Source: Pseudomonadota bacterium
GTDB lineage: Bacteria > Desulfobacterota > Desulfobacteria > Desulfobacterales > RPRI01
Direction: 5' to 3'
Length of the DNA stretch: 45,039 bases
Assembly: GCA_043825875.1 (NCBI GenBank)
Contig: JBDRRF010000074.1
Location: 1 to 45,039, forward strand
Position 1 is the first letter of the stretch. Each line of letters starts with the position of its first letter. The position numbers and the translations under genes were made by a program. Under the pieces are notes generated by a model, which made no database searches, was not told the DNA's origin, and saw nothing but the letters and a program-made list of their open reading frames with translations. Below, one piece after another: positions 30,373 to 38,690 of the stretch.

Positions 30373-30492
30373 TTTTTGATTATTGGTATGAAATATTATA
30401 AAGATTTAATATTTGGGCAGAGAGTTCGCTAATAAGTATAACTATCTTAATTATAAGGACAATCGAAATATTTATTTATGGTAACAATGAAT

Positions 30493-30508
30493 TGGCAAGG
30501 TATTTGCT
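30493..30508 (+). promoter_or_regulatory. sigma54 promoter
   Basis: TGGCAAGGTATTTGCT, close to consensus TGGCACG-N4-TTGCW. Confidence 0.75.
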
Positions 30509-30519
30509 TATACTAATAT

Positions 30520-30592
30520 TAGCCCGATAAAATAATTCTTCTTTCCTCCTTAGCGGTCAACTGGACAAATTTCAGTTGGCCGCTATTTTTTT
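30520..30592 (+). ncRNA. Predicted sigma54-dependent small RNA with anti-Shine-Dalgarno tract
   Basis: Promoter about 12 nt upstream; no ORF; TTCTTCTTTCCTCCTT followed by a strong hairpin and T7. Confidence 0.6.
30551..30592 (+). terminator. Rho-independent terminator
   Basis: TAGCGGTCAACTGGA/TTCAGTTGGCCGCTA stem (G-U pairs valid on the + transcript) followed by TTTTTTT. Confidence 0.8.
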
Positions 30593-30620
30593 ATAACAAT
30601 TGCTATAACCAAACAATTAT

Positions 30621-30762
30621 GAGCCAGTTTCAAAACGATCCATTTTGGCCGATCTCTGCGTTGGACTCAAATTTCAATCCTCGAAATACTGAATGTATTC
30701 CTGTGGTTGAAATTTTCGCCCGCCTTGAGCTTGACCAAACTGAAACGTTTTGAAAGTGGCTC
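30621..30762. mobile_element. 142-bp MITE
   Basis: 17-bp terminal inverted repeats (16/17 match, GAGCCASTTTCAAAACG), flanking TTAT direct repeat, internal palindrome, partial second copy at 6054-6097. Confidence 0.8.
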
Positions 30763-30815
30763 TTATATCGAAAAATCGAAATGGGGATATTATTTGAACA
30801 ATTGCTATGGGAAAA

Positions 30816-31499
30816 TTATGATATATGTTCTTTAGCAATCACAAAATACGAAGAGTCTGCAAAATCGGAACAAATCTTTTTATAAGCTTCTTTGCTTTTA
30901 TTTTCTTCTCCCGATATTGCGAAAAGCCTTCCGAGGTTAAAATAGGCTTCATCTTTTAATAAATTATCAGGTCCTGCAATAACTTTTTCAAAATAATTTA
31001 TTGCTGATTTTAAATCCTTTTTTTCTTCATAGGAATAACCAAGACTGTTTAGTATCTGGCATTTAACAAACCTATTGTTACTAAAATCATTTAGAGCTTT
31101 ACCGTATAAGTCAATAGCTGTGTCTATGTCTCCGGCTTTAAAACAAATATTAGCAAATTCAAGCCTTGCTACTTTTCCGCCCATATTACCAGAATATTTG
31201 CCTATAATGTCAATAAATCCAGCTTTAACTTCATCCAATGCTATTTGAGGGCTGTTTTTATCAAGAGAAACAGTATATTTCTTTAAATTGTTTTCAAGCA
31301 TTGAAAAAGCTTTACTTTCAGACTTGCGATGAAAGTAACCATATCCGGACAAGGTGATAGCAATAAGCACCACTGCACCTACACCATATAATACTTGTGT
31401 CTGATATTTAGCTAAAAGATTTAATAATTTAGATGTAAAAGTTATAAATTCATCCGGTTTATTTAAAAGCTCTTTTCTTGTTATTTTTTTCTTTACCAT
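30816..31499 (-). CDS. Membrane-anchored TPR protein (YfgM-like)
   Basis: Basic N-terminus (RKELLNKPDEF), one TM segment, TPR repeats; start moved to ATG 31499 to avoid overlap with the kinase gene. Confidence 0.8.
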   Translation of the reverse strand: MVKKKITRKELLNKPDEFITFTSKLLNLLAKYQTQVLYGVGAVVLIAITLSGYGYFHRKSESKAFSMLENNLKKYTVSLDKNSPQIALDEVKAGFIDIIGKYSGNMGGKVARLEFANICFKAGDIDTAIDLYGKALNDFSNNRFVKCQILNSLGYSYEEKKDLKSAINYFEKVIAGPDNLLKDEAYFNLGRLFAISGEENKSKEAYKKICSDFADSSYFVIAKEHIS

Positions 31500-31515
31500 T
31501 TTATTTGAGCACCAT

Positions 31516-32514
31516 TTATTTGAGTATTTTTTTAATTCTTTCCCAGCCATCTTCAGGTATATTAGCTCCAACAACTTGACATACTTCATATCCACACGCG
31601 GACCCAAGTTCGCCGCATTTTTTGAGGTTGTAACCATTTACAAATCCGTATAAAAACCCAGCAGCCCATAGATCACCTGCTCCTGTGGTATCTAACGCAA
31701 ACCCGTTTCCCATTGGAGCAACTTTAATAACTTCTCCCTTATTTGATATGTAGCTTCCCCGTTCACCTATTTTCAGCACTGCAATATCCGCACTTTTTGA
31801 TAAAACATCAAGAGCTTGTAACTCATCTTTATAGCCTGTAAATGCAGATGCTTCATCTTCGTTTGCAAGTAATATATCTACATAATCATCAACTATTTTA
31901 TCAATAAAATCTTTATGTTCTTCAACAACCGTGAAACTGGCAAGATCCAGTGAAATAAGTGCGCCCGCTGCTTTTGCGTTGTTTAAAGCAGATAGTATTA
32001 ACTCTTTGTTAAACATCAGGTAGCCCTCGATATGGACAACTGCTGCTCCTTTGAAACAATTAATTGTAATTTCTTCCGGTTTTGTTTCTGAAGAGGCACC
32101 AAGGCAAGTAAACATCGAACGCTGGGCATCTGGTGTAACTATAGAAAGAACTCTTCCAGTAGGAAAAGAACAAGTAAAAAGATGTGATTCAACATTATTA
32201 TTTTTTAAATCATTTGCAAAAAATTTACCGAGCTCGTCTTCACCTAATTTACCTACAAACCGCGCTGCACCGCCCAGTTTCCCTATACCTACGATGGTAT
32301 TGCATGCAGAGCCCCCCGGAACTATGCTTGTTTTTTTTGTTGTCCTGGATAATGTATTATCAATAACATCATTGTTTACCAGAGTCATGCCACCCTTGAC
32401 TGCACCGGATTTTACTATAAACTCATCATCCTCCAGAGCAAGAATATCAACAAGAGCTGACCCTATACCTACTATAAGATTTTTGCCATTACTTTTATTT
32501 GAGTCGTCAATCAT
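31516..32514 (-). CDS. PfkB-family (adenosine kinase-like) kinase
   Basis: GSALVD, GGSACNT, ANEDEA, DTTGAGD. Confidence 0.9.
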   Translation of the reverse strand: MIDDSNKSNGKNLIVGIGSALVDILALEDDEFIVKSGAVKGGMTLVNNDVIDNTLSRTTKKTSIVPGGSACNTIVGIGKLGGAARFVGKLGEDELGKFFANDLKNNNVESHLFTCSFPTGRVLSIVTPDAQRSMFTCLGASSETKPEEITINCFKGAAVVHIEGYLMFNKELILSALNNAKAAGALISLDLASFTVVEEHKDFIDKIVDDYVDILLANEDEASAFTGYKDELQALDVLSKSADIAVLKIGERGSYISNKGEVIKVAPMGNGFALDTTGAGDLWAAGFLYGFVNGYNLKKCGELGSACGYEVCQVVGANIPEDGWERIKKILK

Positions 32515-32539
32515 TTATAAACCTTAATAAATCTAAATA

Positions 32540-32830
32540 TTACTGTATTATTATGTAGTTATTGTGTGTTCCGAAATTGTTTTGACATAGTTGGTCATTA
32601 TGGGGGTCTTTTTGCCATTGCCCGTCAACTAGAAACATGTATTCATATCTACCAGGATTAAGGAAAATCGTTTTTTTCCAGACGTCACTGTTCTCTTTTT
32701 TCATAGGATGTTTTTTATCGTTCCAATCATTAAAATCACCCATTAAAGAGACATTGTTAGCTTGTTGAGCTTCAATAAAAAAAGTTACCCTTTTTTTGCC
32801 GGTTGTTGCTTTTATTTTCTCTTTTGCCAT
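32540..32830 (-). CDS. Stand-alone glycogen-binding CBM48 (AMPK-beta-like) protein
   Basis: V.LMGDFNDW...HPM....W...L.PG.YEY.FLVDG.W..DP.N. Confidence 0.85.
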   Translation of the reverse strand: MAKEKIKATTGKKRVTFFIEAQQANNVSLMGDFNDWNDKKHPMKKENSDVWKKTIFLNPGRYEYMFLVDGQWQKDPHNDQLCQNNFGTHNNYIIIQ

Positions 32831-33222
32831 ATAAGCCCCCTTTTTTGGCTCAAATTATTATAATTAAACTTGAAAGATTATGAAATAAAGAATTTATGTT
32901 CAGCATATAATTTTATGAGCAGCAGAATGGAGTGCCGGAATGCAATTGTTCTTTGGCGTCAATGCATTATCTATATATCCTATATTTATAAAATTTATTG
33001 TCAAGATATTTGTTCTTGCCCTTACATAATTAAGCCATAAGCAAGATCTTGGCTGTATAGGGTCCGGCTTATTCAAATTCTTTATTTAAGCAAGCTGGGG
33101 AATAAGCGGTTAAAACGCAATTTTATAAAAATATATTGTTATTGATTATATATTGTTATAAAGAGCTATATTAAACAATTAAAATTCTATTGAGATTAAA
33201 AAAAATAGAGTGAAAAAAATAT

Positions 33223-33250
33223 TCAAACATCTTGTCCATTCTGCCGATAT
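33223..33250 (+). promoter_or_regulatory. Possible sigma28 (FliA) promoter
   Basis: GCCGATAT -10-like box with a weak TCAAA upstream, ahead of a cheY/cheX operon. Confidence 0.3.
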
Positions 33251-33370
33251 AGTATATATATTCGGAGCAAAATTTCTGCTTCTGTATATAAACTCTTATG
33301 TATCACATTGATTTATTTTGATTTTATAATGAACTGCTGATGAAACACCTTTTATCAAGGAGAAGTTACT

Positions 33371-33736
33371 ATGAATGTAATTATAGCCGATGACTCAAAG
33401 GTTGTTCGTTCTATAGTTGAAAAGGCTATTAAACCGCTTGGCTATAGCTCTTTTCAAGCAACCCATGGAGGTGAAGCCATTGAAATATTGGAAAAAATGG
33501 GAGGAGAGATTGGTTTGATCCTTATGGATTGGAATATGCCTGTCATGGATGGTTTTGATGCACTGGTTAAGATTAAACAAGACTCAAGGTTTTCTTCAAT
33601 TCCAATAATAATGCTAACTTCGGAATCAGATAATAACAAGGTCAAAATGGCCAGTGATGCGGGAGCGGCAGCTTATGTAAAAAAACCATTTACACAAGAT
33701 GAATTAGTTGAAAATATAAAACAAGTGATAAACTAA
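33371..33736 (+). CDS. CheY-like single-domain response regulator
   Basis: IADDS, LMDWNMP, MLTSE, KKPF; AAGGAG RBS. Confidence 0.9.
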   Translation: MNVIIADDSKVVRSIVEKAIKPLGYSSFQATHGGEAIEILEKMGGEIGLILMDWNMPVMDGFDALVKIKQDSRFSSIPIIMLTSESDNNKVKMASDAGAAAYVKKPFTQDELVENIKQVIN

Positions 33737-33780
33737 TTATAATCATGCCTAAAGCTGAACACAGAATAGGGGGTAAAAAC

Positions 33781-34617
33781 ATGGCAAAGGTATTGTTGAT
33801 TGATTGCAACCCCGATGCTTCTTTAATAATAACAGATATGCTGAAGGATAATGCCGAGATAATTGTTGAGCCTTTCAGCGAGCAAAAAGAAATAACAGAT
33901 TTTAATCTCGTAATTCTGTATTCAGACAGTACAGATGACCAACAGATTTTACGTAAAATAAAAAATCTGCACTTCAGGACAAAATTTAGAAATATCCCTA
34001 TTATTTTGCTCAAAGATAAATCCGAATTGTTTTCCGACCAGCCCTATTTCAATTTTGGAGTTTCTGAATTTATGGCTCTGGATGAACCCCAACCGATTTT
34101 CAATCAAATTTTACAGGGGTATTTAAATCCGGGGCGGCAACCGCTTGAACGTGAGCTAATATATCTGACCCCCTTTATTGAAAGCACGAAAACGGTTTTA
34201 AGCAAGATGGCATCCATGGAGGCTGAATTTAGGGGAGTATATTTTAAAAATAGCTTAAGAATTCTTGGCGATGTTTCCGGAGTCATTGGCCTTTCCGGCA
34301 CAACTGAGGGAACAGTTATTATCACCTTTCTCTGGAATCTTGCAAGACAGGTGATTGCGAATATCATGGAAGTAAAAGAAAATGAAATCAATGCAGAAAT
34401 GATACATGATGGCGTTGGCGAAATAATTAACATGATAAGCGGTTCCGCCAAGAAATCGTTATTAGAAGCATCATATGATTTCCAGCTTTCAATACCGACA
34501 ATAATTGTTGGCTGGGGCCACGAAGTGGGACATCCCGATAATGCAACTATTGCGGTACTGACCTTTGATGTTGGAGACCAAGCATTTGTATTACATATCT
34601 CTCTAACACAAAAATAG
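33781..34617 (+). CDS. cheX: Degenerate receiver domain fused to a CheX phosphatase domain
   Basis: C-terminal PFIEST..VL..MA...DVSGVIGLSG...GEIINMISG..SIPTII (ExxN intact); N-terminal REC-like region lacks the acceptor Asp. Confidence 0.75.
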   Translation: MAKVLLIDCNPDASLIITDMLKDNAEIIVEPFSEQKEITDFNLVILYSDSTDDQQILRKIKNLHFRTKFRNIPIILLKDKSELFSDQPYFNFGVSEFMALDEPQPIFNQILQGYLNPGRQPLERELIYLTPFIESTKTVLSKMASMEAEFRGVYFKNSLRILGDVSGVIGLSGTTEGTVIITFLWNLARQVIANIMEVKENEINAEMIHDGVGEIINMISGSAKKSLLEASYDFQLSIPTIIVGWGHEVGHPDNATIAVLTFDVGDQAFVLHISLTQK

Positions 34618-34689
34618 CAAACAAGCCGGATGATTGTACAGTTTCCCGGAAAACTAATTTTTTAAATGGTCTGAAAGCATCATTATTGT

Positions 34690-36819
34690 ATGGAAAACAC
34701 ACAAACTGACATTTTGCTTATCAGCACATCACAGGAACTTCTTGATTTTGTGGCAGATGTTCTGGACAAAGATGGATATTGTGTTCACACTGCCTCATCT
34801 ATGAGAGAAGCTTTATCTGCCGTAGATTTGAACCCGGTTGGTTTAATTCTCTGCGGTATTGAGCTGGAAGATATTTCCGGTGAGCAGTTTTTATCCTATC
34901 TGAAGAATGACCCGAAAAGAGAATCAATCCCTTTCATTTTTCTTCTTTCGGCAGAAAACCAAAATGCGCTTAGCCCTAAACGTGCAATTGGGTTAGGTGC
35001 TGAAAATTTTGTTTTTTTCCCTGCTGAAGGGTCGGTATTGCTTTCTTGTATAAAAGAGTATTTAAAACCATCCCGGCAAGTAGTACACCAGGTTGAACAT
35101 ATAGATGCATATACGCATAAAGGCGATAAAGACTCGCAAGCTAATATATGCAAACCCGGTTTAACCGAAGCAGAACAAAAACGGATTGATGAGAGGCGTG
35201 CGGAAAAGAGGGAACGCTTTGATATTCCGATTCCGATAGAAATATCTCGAGAAGGCAAAACCTGGATTCATGGCTTTATATTAAATCGTGGCAAGTCAAG
35301 CGCTATGATTGAAACATCTCTTCGCAGAAGATATGGCGATGATATTTTTATAAGAGAGCCTGAAGATGAAACCGGTAATATAGTTGCAGGTTCAGTAATC
35401 CATGTTCTTTTAGGAGATGAAAATAAACAGATTGGCTTCGGCGTTGTTTTCCGTAAAAAAAATAGTATCAATTGGCAAAGTTTTTCAGAACGTTTGATGA
35501 GCAAAAGCAAAAAGCAGTCAACAGTAACTATAAGGCGCGATTTTTTCCCCATAGCTGCTGAAGTGTCACGGGACGGCGCTTTTTGGATTGATGCTCAAAT
35601 TACCGGTTGCGACCTAATGAGTGCCAGCCTTAAAACATCGATATTGGCCAAACCGGAAGACAAAATGGTTATAAAGTTTGAGCGGCATGGTATTAAAAAT
35701 ATTGTTGATGGCAAGATAAAAACGGTTGAACTTGAACAAAGCGAATTACTAGCCAAAATAGAGCTTGATTTTTCTGAAGATGAGGAGTGGATAAAATTAT
35801 ACAATCATTTTGCTGTTATCGCCGGACCAGAATCATCTGACAAAGAAAAGGAATTAAGTGTTCATGATAAATTTCGAGCCAAAATGATTAAGGTAGGATT
35901 AGCCGGAGACTTAAATAGCAAAGAAAGTGATAATGCTGCTTCAATTCAAGAAGATACCCAAAAGAAAACAGAACCCAAGAACAAACGTTTCTATCAAAGC
36001 TTAATCGGCAGAAAAATGGATAATTACGAGGTAGTATCATTTATAAGCGCAGGAGGGATGGGAGGAGTATTCAAAGGATGGGATGTAGCATTGGAAAGAG
36101 ATGTGGCATTAAAAGTCATATCATGGGAGCTTTCATCTCAGGAAGAATTTGTAAAGATGTTTTTAAAAGAAGCCCGCTTTGTTTCCAAGCTGAATCACCC
36201 CAATATTGCGCAAATTTATTATATCGGCAATTCAAATGGAATCATGTATTATGCAATGGAATTTATTCATGGTCAGACTTTAGCTGATATGCTCAAAAGT
36301 AAGTTTCAGTTTAATGTAGCGCAAATAATAACCTATTTAAAAACCTTGTGCAGCGCTTTAGACTTTGTCTGGAAAAACGATATCGTCCACAGGGATATCA
36401 AACCTGCCAATATTATGGTGACAAGTTCTGATGAATTGAAGTTGGTAGATTTTGGTGTAGCAAAGCTTGATACCAAGAATGAAACACAGGAGGAAAAGAA
36501 AATTGTTGGTTCCCCTTTATATCTGAGTCCCGAATCTATTCGTAATCAGGGGGTAGATAATCGCAGTGACATTTATTCATTAGGAGCCACTTTTTATCAT
36601 CTGCTTGCAGGAATACCACCTTTTTATGATAATTCGTGCAGTAACATTCTTTTTAAGCAACTCAATGATCCGGTTCCTCCATTGAAGCAAAAATGCCCGG
36701 AAACCCCGGATTTTCTGTGTGAGACTATAGAAAAAATGATGGCAAAAAAATGCGAAGAACGTTTTCAGAATTACCAGGAAATTATTGACTGTCTTAATTG
36801 TTCCTCCAGTTCAAAATAG
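34690..36819 (+). CDS. Pseudo-receiver / PilZ-like x2 / Hanks-type Ser/Thr protein kinase
   Basis: Kinase motifs AGGMGGVF, VALK, HRDIKPAN, DFG, YLSPE, DIYSLG; N-terminal REC-like region; RAEKR (RxxxR) before beta-rich repeats. Confidence 0.85.
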   Translation: MENTQTDILLISTSQELLDFVADVLDKDGYCVHTASSMREALSAVDLNPVGLILCGIELEDISGEQFLSYLKNDPKRESIPFIFLLSAENQNALSPKRAIGLGAENFVFFPAEGSVLLSCIKEYLKPSRQVVHQVEHIDAYTHKGDKDSQANICKPGLTEAEQKRIDERRAEKRERFDIPIPIEISREGKTWIHGFILNRGKSSAMIETSLRRRYGDDIFIREPEDETGNIVAGSVIHVLLGDENKQIGFGVVFRKKNSINWQSFSERLMSKSKKQSTVTIRRDFFPIAAEVSRDGAFWIDAQITGCDLMSASLKTSILAKPEDKMVIKFERHGIKNIVDGKIKTVELEQSELLAKIELDFSEDEEWIKLYNHFAVIAGPESSDKEKELSVHDKFRAKMIKVGLAGDLNSKESDNAASIQEDTQKKTEPKNKRFYQSLIGRKMDNYEVVSFISAGGMGGVFKGWDVALERDVALKVISWELSSQEEFVKMFLKEARFVSKLNHPNIAQIYYIGNSNGIMYYAMEFIHGQTLADMLKSKFQFNVAQIITYLKTLCSALDFVWKNDIVHRDIKPANIMVTSSDELKLVDFGVAKLDTKNETQEEKKIVGSPLYLSPESIRNQGVDNRSDIYSLGATFYHLLAGIPPFYDNSCSNILFKQLNDPVPPLKQKCPETPDFLCETIEKMMAKKCEERFQNYQEIIDCLNCSSSSK

Positions 36820-36908
36820 ACTTCATAGAAAAGACCTAAGCTCTACCCTCATCCCCAAACTCCAAGAAATTTCCCAACCTCATCCCGGTATGGCGTTGAT
36901 GTTTACTG

Positions 36909-38159
36909 CTATTGCAGAAAATGGCCGTAATGCAGTTTATGATTTATTAACTGCGACTTTATATTATATATATTTTTCTTTTCTCTTATTAAAAAGCGAT
37001 AAAGACCTGCGCGTTTTATATCTCCGATAAACAGAGCCCCTACAAGATATTTACCATCGGATGAAAAAATAAGCTTTTTGTGTGTTGTTTTTGTTTCGGT
37101 TACATGTGTCTCATAGTCAGTTCCTTTAGTATGAACTATTCCCATTGAGACAAACGGGACATCCGCCACCTGGGTTGCATTTAGAATACCGGTTGAACCC
37201 AAATACCTGGTACGTCTTCCAGCCATGTTACGTCCGGCACAGCGCCCCATTTCAACAGCATTTGTCCAAAGACCGCTTATAATTTTCTTTCCGGAAAGTA
37301 AATCATAGCTTTCTGCCACATCTCCTGCTGCATAAACATCCGCAATGTTCGTAGCAGTATATTCATCGGTAACAACACCCCGATCAATCTTTATACTGCT
37401 TTTATCAAGGAAATCTACATTGGGCAAAACTCCTTTTCCAATCAAAACCATTTCAGCTTCAATTTGTTTCCCGTTTGACAGTATTACACCTTTTACCCCG
37501 TTGTTTCCCGAAATAATTTTTTTGACACTACATCCGGTTATGATTTTAAGTCCTGCCTTGTTTAGCGCTTTTCGGATGAGTTTGGCATCATCTGCTTCCA
37601 TCAACTGAGATAACACCTGGCCGGAATAAACAACAAGAGTAACATCAAGACCGCGTTCAAGCAATGCAAAGGCGGTTTTTAAATTCAGCATCCCTCCACC
37701 CGCCATAACAACCTGACGAGTTTTTGCAGTGCGGTCGGCTATTTTTTTTGCATCCGCAAGAGTTCTTAAAGCAAAAACGCCTTGTGCATTAATTCCTTCT
37801 ATTTCCGGAGGAATAAAGGAACTGCTTCCGCTTGCAATAAGTAACTTGTCATATGAAATGTTTTTTGAACCACTTGCTGAGACAATTTTGTTTTTTGTAT
37901 CAACAAAAGTTACTCTTGCCCCGGTGTAGATATTGATATTTTTGCCTTTGTAAGGACCATTGCCGACAAGAGCTATGTTAGATTCGGATTTTTTACCACT
38001 TATAAGAAAAGGAATCATAGGCCGAAAGTACGGCATTTCCTGTTCCATTGATAAAACCGTGATAATGCCCAGGCTATCCAGTTCACGTATAGCCGTTGCG
38101 GCAGCCATTCCGGCGGCACTTGCACCTATAATTACATAACTGGTTTTTTTTGCAGTCAC
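36909..38159 (-). CDS. FAD/NAD(P)-dependent oxidoreductase associated with cooSF
   Basis: IIGASAAG, YDKLLIASGS, VYAAGDVAE; GGAGG RBS before GTG 38159. Confidence 0.88.
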   Translation of the reverse strand: MTAKKTSYVIIGASAAGMAAATAIRELDSLGIITVLSMEQEMPYFRPMIPFLISGKKSESNIALVGNGPYKGKNINIYTGARVTFVDTKNKIVSASGSKNISYDKLLIASGSSSFIPPEIEGINAQGVFALRTLADAKKIADRTAKTRQVVMAGGGMLNLKTAFALLERGLDVTLVVYSGQVLSQLMEADDAKLIRKALNKAGLKIITGCSVKKIISGNNGVKGVILSNGKQIEAEMVLIGKGVLPNVDFLDKSSIKIDRGVVTDEYTATNIADVYAAGDVAESYDLLSGKKIISGLWTNAVEMGRCAGRNMAGRRTRYLGSTGILNATQVADVPFVSMGIVHTKGTDYETHVTETKTTHKKLIFSSDGKYLVGALFIGDIKRAGLYRFLIREKKNIYNIKSQLINHKLHYGHFLQ

Positions 38160-38160
38160 T

Positions 38161-38667
38161 TTATCCTCCAAGGCCTGCTGCAAGTTCTTTTGACACGGTT
38201 TTTCGGATATTGCCTGAATAGTTTCCTACGGTATCATAAACCAGGGCGTGAGTGGGACATGCCATAACACATGCGGGGACATCTCTGTCGGGACATCGGT
38301 CGCAACGGTATGCCTTGTGTTCTTCCATATGCCTTCCTATTACTCCGTAAGGGCAAACCATGACACATGTCCAGCAGCCGATACATTTGTCAGCATCGGT
38401 AAGAACTACTCCGTCTTTTGTAAGGCTTATTGCTCCGGATATACAGGCATGCATGCAAGGTGCATCTTCACAATGGCGGCATAATATGGGCATACGGCTA
38501 TCCGGTGCAGTAAACTCAACATAGATACGTTTTTTCGGTACAGGGTGTTCAGATATTGCGCTGTATAATGATTTGCTTTCTGAATGCTCTACCGCACAGG
38601 CAAGCTCGCAACTGTGGCATCCCATGCAACGATCAATTTTAACAAATATTTCTTTAGGTGTTGTCAT
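38161..38667 (-). CDS. cooF: CooF-like 4x[4Fe-4S] electron transfer protein
   Basis: CMGCHSCELAC, CRHC..APC..AC, CIGCWTCVMVCP, CDRC....PACV.ACP; AGGAGG RBS before ATG 38667. Confidence 0.88.
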   Translation of the reverse strand: MTTPKEIFVKIDRCMGCHSCELACAVEHSESKSLYSAISEHPVPKKRIYVEFTAPDSRMPILCRHCEDAPCMHACISGAISLTKDGVVLTDADKCIGCWTCVMVCPYGVIGRHMEEHKAYRCDRCPDRDVPACVMACPTHALVYDTVGNYSGNIRKTVSKELAAGLGG

Positions 38668-38690
38668 TCTAACCTCCTGTCGGTAAACCA

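Noticed and set aside
30415..30430. Second GG-N10-GC motif (GGGCAGAGAGTTCGCT)
   Set aside because: Weaker match than 30493-30508 and very close to the proximal UAS; not called, though not excluded.
32831..33370. c-di-GMP or other riboswitch upstream of the cheY operon
   Set aside because: No riboswitch consensus recognised by eye; an Infernal scan would be decisive.
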